Shown here piece by piece: positions 58,926 to 64,000 of a stretch of 64,000 bases of DNA. A program made the translations under genes and the position numbers. Position 1 is the stretch's first letter, and the number at the start of each line of letters is the position of its first letter. The DNA comes from Dehalococcoidia bacterium (GTDB taxonomy: Bacteria; Chloroflexota; Dehalococcoidia; Lucifugimonadales; UBA1127): assembly GCA_965249315.1 (NCBI GenBank), contig OZ252225.1:1065951-1129950 (forward strand), written 5' to 3'. The notes under the pieces are model-generated. The model had not been told where the DNA came from. It saw nothing but the letters and a program-made list of their open reading frames with translations, and did no database searches.

Positions 58926-60074
58926 ATGAAGGTCGGCGTCCCCAAAGAGATCCTACCCGGAGAGCGGCGCGTCGCGCTGGTGCCGGCGACGGTTGCCTCC
59001 CTCCTCAAAGCTGGCGTAGAGGTCCTTGTCGAGAGGGACGCCGGCGCCTCTGCCTTCATCCCAGACGACGCGTACCGTGACGCAGGCGCGTCCGTTGTCG
59101 AGAATGCAGCCAGCCTCTGGGGACAGGCGGACGTGGTCCTCAAGGTGCAGAAGCCTGCCGGCGCGGGGGACCATTCGGCGGACGAGACGGAGCATTTGCG
59201 CTCCGGCGCCACGGTCATCGGCCTGCTCCAGCCGCTGACGAGCCCCGACCTGGTGAAGACGTTGGCGGAGCGCGGGGTGACCAGCTTCAGCATGGACGCA
59301 ATCCCCCGCATCGCGCGGGCGCAGAAGATGGACGCCCTGACCTCCATGGCCACCATCGCCGGGTACAAGGCGGTCCTCATCGCGTCCGGCTCCCTGGGAA
59401 AGCTCTTCCCGATGATGATGACCGCCGCCCAGACCATTCCGCCGGCCAAGGGGGTGGTACTGGGGGCGGGGGTTGCCGGCCTCCAGGCCATTGCCACCGC
59501 ACGCCGCTTGGGCGCCACCATGCAGGCCTTCGACGTCCGCCCGGCGGTGAAGGAGCAGGTGGAGAGCCTGGGCGCCGCCTTCGTGGGCGCTGAGGCCCAG
59601 GACGAGGCCGCGGAGGACGCTCGAGGCTACGCCAAGGAGCTCTCGGAGCAGGCCAAAGATCGGGGGCAGGCCGTGGTCCACAACCTGGTCCGGGACGTGG
59701 ACTTCGTCATCACGACGGCGCTGATTCCGGGCAGGCCCGCTCCGCTCCTCATCCCCGAGGAGATGGTGCAGGACATGCGGCCAGGGTCGGTCATCGTGGA
59801 CATCGCTGCGGAGACCGGAGGCAACTGTGCCCTGACCGTCCCCGGGGAGACGGTGGAGCGGCACGGCGTCACGATCCACGGTCCCCTGAACCTTCCCAGC
59901 TCCATGCCCATTCACGCAAGCCAGATGTACGCCCGGAACATATGCAGCCTGATCCTCCACCTGCTGGAGGGGGGCCAGCTTCACCTGGACTTTGAAGACG
60001 TGATCACCAGAGACTGCTGCATCACGCACGAAGGACAGATTGTCCACGGTCCGACGAAGGCGCTGGTGGCGTAG
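58926..60074 (+). CDS. pntAA: NAD(P) transhydrogenase subunit alpha part 1
   Basis: MKVGVPKEILPGERRVALVP, an alanine-dehydrogenase/PNT fold, and the Rossmann motif VLGAGVAGLQAIATARRLGA. Confidence 0.9.
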   Translation: MKVGVPKEILPGERRVALVPATVASLLKAGVEVLVERDAGASAFIPDDAYRDAGASVVENAASLWGQADVVLKVQKPAGAGDHSADETEHLRSGATVIGLLQPLTSPDLVKTLAERGVTSFSMDAIPRIARAQKMDALTSMATIAGYKAVLIASGSLGKLFPMMMTAAQTIPPAKGVVLGAGVAGLQAIATARRLGATMQAFDVRPAVKEQVESLGAAFVGAEAQDEAAEDARGYAKELSEQAKDRGQAVVHNLVRDVDFVITTALIPGRPAPLLIPEEMVQDMRPGSVIVDIAAETGGNCALTVPGETVERHGVTIHGPLNLPSSMPIHASQMYARNICSLILHLLEGGQLHLDFEDVITRDCCITHEGQIVHGPTKALVA

Positions 60075-60116
60075 CCCAGCCGTGCGGGTGCAACGCGCAG
60101 GGGAGGAGGCCTGACG

Positions 60117-60416
60117 ATGGTAGAGGGAACCATCATTGTGGCTCTCTACGTGCTCGTACTTTCGATCTTTGTGGGGTTCGAGGTTATCACCAAGGTCCCA
60201 CCCATCCTGCATACGCCGCTCATGTCCGGCGCCAATGCCATCTCCGGCATCACCCTCATCGGCGCGCTGGCGGTAGCCGGCCCTGAGAATATCGCTTTGA
60301 GCTCCGTGCTGGGGCTGGTGGCGGTGGTGCTGGCGACGATCAACGTGGTGGGCGGGTTCATGGTCACCGACCGCATGCTTCGACTGTTCCGGCGCGGGCC
60401 GGAGGGACCGAGATAA
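60117..60416 (+). CDS. pntAB: NAD(P) transhydrogenase subunit alpha part 2 (membrane)
   Basis: 99 aa with three TM helices: VPPILHTPLMSGANAISGITLIGAL. Confidence 0.88.
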   Translation: MVEGTIIVALYVLVLSIFVGFEVITKVPPILHTPLMSGANAISGITLIGALAVAGPENIALSSVLGLVAVVLATINVVGGFMVTDRMLRLFRRGPEGPR

Positions 60417-61816
60417 TGGAGTCAGGCCTCGACCTTGCGATTCGCTACTTCTACCTAGTAGCCGCGGCCCTTCTCATCCTGGGCCTCAAGCGGCTCAGCT
60501 CACCCGCCACGGCCCGCTCGGGGAACCTGCTGGCCTCGCTGGGGATGCTCATCGCCGTGGTCGTGACGCTGCTTGACCGAGACATCGTGCGCTACGAGCT
60601 CATTCTGGTGGGGATCGCCCTGGGGGCGCTGATAGGGGCCGTGCTCGCGCAGACCATCCGTATGACGGCCATGCCCCAGATGGTCGCCATCTTCAACGGG
60701 CTGGGCGGAGGCGCGTCGGCCCTCATCGCCGTCTCCGAGTTCGTCCGGCTAACCAGGGACGGAGGAGCGATCTCCACGGACCTCTCGCTCACCATCGCCC
60801 TTGGGACCCTCATAGGCCTGGTCACCCTGTCCGGGAGCGTGGTGGCCTTCGGCAAGCTCCAGGACCTCATCGCGAGCAGGCCGGTCACCTTCCCCCTCCA
60901 GCGGAGCCTGAGCTTGGTCCTCTTCCTGGGCCTCCTGGCCATGGTGGTCTACCTTGTGGCCTTCTCCGCCAGCATGGAGGTCTACATTGCCCTGGGTGGC
61001 GTCTCGCTGCTGCTGGGGGTCCTTCTGGTGGTCCGCATCGGTGGAGCGGACATGCCCGTGGTCATCTCCCTGTTGAACTCCTACTCCGGCGTGGCCGCCG
61101 CGGCGGCCGGCTTCGTGCTGGACAACCTCATGCTCATCATCGGTGGGTCCTTCGTCGGCGCGGCGGGGCTGATCCTGACCCAGATCATGACCAAGGCGAT
61201 GAACCGCTCCCTGGCCAACGTCGTCTTCGGCGCGTTCGGGGCCATGGCAGGCGCCGGAGGGGTCCAGACGGGCGACGACGACCGCGCCGTGCGGGACGTC
61301 ACCGCGGAGGATGCCGCCGTGCTGCTGGCCTACTCCAGGTCCGTCATCTTCGTCCCGGGCTATGGACTGGCGGTAGCCCAGGCCCAGCACCAAGTGCGGG
61401 AGCTTGCGGACCTGCTGGAGGCCCGAGGCGTCACCGTTCGATACGCCATCCACCCCGTGGCGGGCCGGATGCCAGGCCACATGAACGTGCTTCTGGCCGA
61501 GGCCAATGTGTCCTACGACAAGCTGTACGATCTGGACGAGATCAACGATGAGTTCCAGCGGGCGGACGTGGCCGTGGTCATCGGCGCCAACGATGTGGTC
61601 AACCCTGCGGCCCGCAGCGTGCAGGACAGCCCCATCTACGGCATGCCCATTCTCAACGCCGACCGCGCCCAGCACGTCCTGGTGTTGAAGCGGAGCATGA
61701 ACCCGGGGTTCGCCGGCATAGAGAACGACCTCTTCTACACTGAGAACACCCGGATGCTCTTCGGCGATGCGCGAGCCTCGGTGGCCCGCCTCGTGGAGGA
61801 AGTCAAGGCAGTCTGA
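60416..61816 (+). CDS. pntB: NAD(P) transhydrogenase subunit beta
   Basis: 466 aa. The start overlaps the upstream stop (TAATG). It has an N-terminal polytopic domain and a C-terminal dIII domain: VPGYGLAVAQAQH, IHPVAGRMPGHMNVLLAEA, IGANDVVNPAA. Confidence 0.9.
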   Translation: MESGLDLAIRYFYLVAAALLILGLKRLSSPATARSGNLLASLGMLIAVVVTLLDRDIVRYELILVGIALGALIGAVLAQTIRMTAMPQMVAIFNGLGGGASALIAVSEFVRLTRDGGAISTDLSLTIALGTLIGLVTLSGSVVAFGKLQDLIASRPVTFPLQRSLSLVLFLGLLAMVVYLVAFSASMEVYIALGGVSLLLGVLLVVRIGGADMPVVISLLNSYSGVAAAAAGFVLDNLMLIIGGSFVGAAGLILTQIMTKAMNRSLANVVFGAFGAMAGAGGVQTGDDDRAVRDVTAEDAAVLLAYSRSVIFVPGYGLAVAQAQHQVRELADLLEARGVTVRYAIHPVAGRMPGHMNVLLAEANVSYDKLYDLDEINDEFQRADVAVVIGANDVVNPAARSVQDSPIYGMPILNADRAQHVLVLKRSMNPGFAGIENDLFYTENTRMLFGDARASVARLVEEVKAV

Positions 61817-62201
61817 GGAGGCAATGCCGCCCTTCCTATGGATCGAGGTTGCCGATTCGTGGGCAACCACACAAGCCTACCGGCACAGGCGTTTCTTCTG
61901 TGGTCTTCCCATACGGACTCCGCATGGCAGTCACCCTGCATACGCGCTCGGCCGTTGAGTCGAGGCTTCAGCCGGTCTACCCCTGTTCCGCAGAGGTCTC
62001 CAAAAGAGGCCGCCCAGGCTTCTCGCCGCTACTCTCCGCTTTGCCGTCGCCCCTCCTCCAGTGATACGTGGAGACGGACCCTCCTTCTGATGCCTCTCCC
62101 CTCACGGGCAGAGGGCGGACAGTACCGACGGAGACGGCGGACGCGACAGCGCCCCCGGCATGCGGGGGCGCTGCAAGTTTCGTAGTTGTGCGGCTACGCG
62201 G

Positions 62202-63125
62202 CTAGGTGCGAATGCCGGCAGCCCGGCTTCCCCGCAGTCTGGGGTCCAGGACGTCCCGGAGGCCGTCGCCCAGCATGTTGAACCCATAGACGCACAGGGC
62301 CAAGCCCGCTGAGGGCGGCAGGGGCAGCCACCAGCCGGTGAGGAAGAGGTTCTTGGTGCTGGTCTGCACCATGTTGCCCCAGGTGGGGTTCTCCGGGCTC
62401 ACTCCCAGACCCAGGAAGGACAGAGAGGACTCGACCAGGATGGCCCCGCCCACGCTGAGGCTGATGATCACGATGTACAGCGCCGTGATGTTGGGGAGGA
62501 TGTGGCGGAGCAGGATACGGGGCGCGCTCGCGCCGATGGCCCGGGCCGACTCCACGTACGTGGTCTCCTTGATGGAAAGGACGCGCGAACGAATGACGCG
62601 AATGGACCCTGGAATGAGCCCGATAGTTATAGCAAAGGTGACAGTCTGGATCCCCGGTTCGAAGATGGCCACCCAGAAGAGGGCGATAATCAGGCCCGGG
62701 AATGCGATGAGTGCATCCACAAGGCGTTGGGTGATGAGGTCGAAGGGTCCGCCAAAGTAGGCGCTCATCATCCCCACGACCAGGGCGATGGTCTTGCCAA
62801 GCAGCACCGCCACCACGCCAATGCGCATGGAGTTGCGCGTAGCCCAGAGGGTCCGGCTCATCACGTCCCGTCCGAGTTCGTCGGTGCCAACGAAGAAATC
62901 GCTGCCGGGCTTGGCGTGGGGCAGGCCGGCAAACTCGAGGGGGTCATAGGGGGCAATGAGGTGGGGGAACACGGCCAGAAAAGTCATGAAGATGATGATG
63001 AAGCCGCCCATAGCCCCGAGAGGCTTGGTCTGGATAAACTTCAGGAGGTTTTGCGCGACATGACGGACCCGGAAATGCCACCGGGGCGGAGTGAAAAGTT
63101 CGCCAGCGCGGTCTGTTGCTGCCAC
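62202..63125 (-). CDS. Peptide/nickel-type ABC transporter permease (DppC/OppC-like)
   Basis: 307-aa polytopic protein with the EAA region YVESARAIGASAPRILLRHILPN. Confidence 0.85.
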   Translation of the reverse strand: MAATDRAGELFTPPRWHFRVRHVAQNLLKFIQTKPLGAMGGFIIIFMTFLAVFPHLIAPYDPLEFAGLPHAKPGSDFFVGTDELGRDVMSRTLWATRNSMRIGVVAVLLGKTIALVVGMMSAYFGGPFDLITQRLVDALIAFPGLIIALFWVAIFEPGIQTVTFAITIGLIPGSIRVIRSRVLSIKETTYVESARAIGASAPRILLRHILPNITALYIVIISLSVGGAILVESSLSFLGLGVSPENPTWGNMVQTSTKNLFLTGWWLPLPPSAGLALCVYGFNMLGDGLRDVLDPRLRGSRAAGIRT

Positions 63126-63152
63126 AGACTTTCCTTCTCTCTCTACCTTGAC

Positions 63153-64000
63153 CTACGAGTAGCGAATCCGCGGGTCGATCCAGCCGTAGGCGATGTCCGT
63201 CAGGAGGTTGATGACCATGACGGCTGCGCCAATGGTGATGACCATGCTCTGGAGCATGGCGTAGTCCCGGGAGGAGGCTGCCTCCCGAACGGTCCGCCCC
63301 AGGCCCGGCACCTCGAAGACCGACTCGGTGATGACGGTGCCGGAGATGAGGTTGGCAACGCTCAGGCCGGTGATGGTGATGATCGGCAGAAGGGCGTTGC
63401 GCAAAGCGTGGCGGAAGATGACGATGCGCTCCCGCAGTCCCTTGGAGCGGGCGGTCCGGATGTAGTCTTCTCGGATTACCTCAAGCATCTCCGAGCGGAC
63501 CAAGCGCATGTAGGGCGCCGACGCGGCGATGATGAGAACAAGGGCCGGCCACATCATCTTTTTCATGTTGCGGACGGGGTCTTCGACGAAGGGGACATAC
63601 TCCACCTCCGGCATCCAGCCAAAGGCCCCCACCAGGAAGATGAGGAAGAGCGCAGCGACCACGAAGACAGGGAGGGTGATGCCCGTAATGGCCATCATCC
63701 TCAGGCCGTAGTCTACCCTGGTGTCCTGTTTGTAGGCGGAAAAGACCCCCAGCGGCACGCCTACGACGAAGCCACCTATGCCGGCCATGAGCATGAGCTG
63801 GAAGGAGGGCACCCACCGCTCTTTGAGCACTTGCACAACAGGCTTGTTGTAGCGGAAGGAGCGGCCCAGGTCACCCCGGACCAGGTGCCACATCCAGTCG
63901 GCGTACTGCACGTAGATGGGGCGAGTAAGCCCCAACTCCACGCGCAGCTGCTGGGCCCTCGCCACCTGCAGTGTGCTGGCCATGTCCTCAGCGAAGATGG
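63153..64000 (-). CDS. Peptide/nickel-type ABC transporter permease (DppB/OppB-like), 5' end outside the window
   Basis: The frame stays open to the window edge. It reads ...LGLTRPIYVQYADWMWHLVRGDLGRSF... with the EAA region YIRTARSKGLRERIVIFRHALRNAL. Confidence 0.8.
   Translation of the reverse strand, partial: IFAEDMASTLQVARAQQLRVELGLTRPIYVQYADWMWHLVRGDLGRSFRYNKPVVQVLKERWVPSFQLMLMAGIGGFVVGVPLGVFSAYKQDTRVDYGLRMMAITGITLPVFVVAALFLIFLVGAFGWMPEVEYVPFVEDPVRNMKKMMWPALVLIIAASAPYMRLVRSEMLEVIREDYIRTARSKGLRERIVIFRHALRNALLPIITITGLSVANLISGTVITESVFEVPGLGRTVREAASSRDYAMLQSMVITIGAAVMVINLLTDIAYGWIDPRIRYS

Overview
This is a high-GC bacterial chromosomal segment, about two-thirds G+C by eye, with three clearly lower-GC patches. 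The taxon cannot be fixed from sequence alone. I saw no transposase, integrase, CRISPR array or prophage genes.

Gene content in order:
- ispH
- a decayed low-GC patch (orphan ORF, DUF1330 remnant, Cache-domain remnant)
- a GlcD/GlcF-type FAD/Fe-S oxidase
- a translationally coupled four-gene ABC module with two ~1100-aa double-FtsX permeases and two ATPases
- an SDR
- a peroxiredoxin-like gene interrupted only by an in-frame TGA at the active-site Cys position and followed by a SECIS-like hairpin (probable selenoprotein)
- an RraA-like gene and ftsH
- a SAM methyltransferase
- the conserved rpsB-tsf-pyrH-frr-uppS-cdsA-dxr-rseP-ispG cluster
- menG/ubiE
- a CPBP (Abi) membrane protease coupled to a small His...Cys (CHAT-like?) protein
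- lhgO, a YceI lipoprotein, a membrane protein, a c-type cytochrome
- a low-GC rnhA
- a cobalamin-riboswitch-controlled operon: btuC/F/D-like importer, fused cobT-cobS, cobU
- a lower-GC MMPL transporter plus a broken DUF2236 gene, followed by the high-GC 3' remnant of an older MMPL gene
- an amidohydrolase, amt, and a duplicated DUF4389 protein
- an AapJQMP-type amino-acid ABC system
- a 23S rRNA gene with its own promoter and no 16S or 5S beside it, co-transcribed with initiator tRNA-fMet
- a second RraA-like gene, a dienelactone hydrolase, a small conserved ORF, a glutaryl-CoA-dehydrogenase-like gene and an orphan 275-aa ORF
- pntAA-pntAB-pntB
- two Dpp/Opp-type permeases, the last running off the window

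A short dispersed intergenic repeat family recurs at three loci. All family assignments come from reading motifs in the translations. No database search was run.
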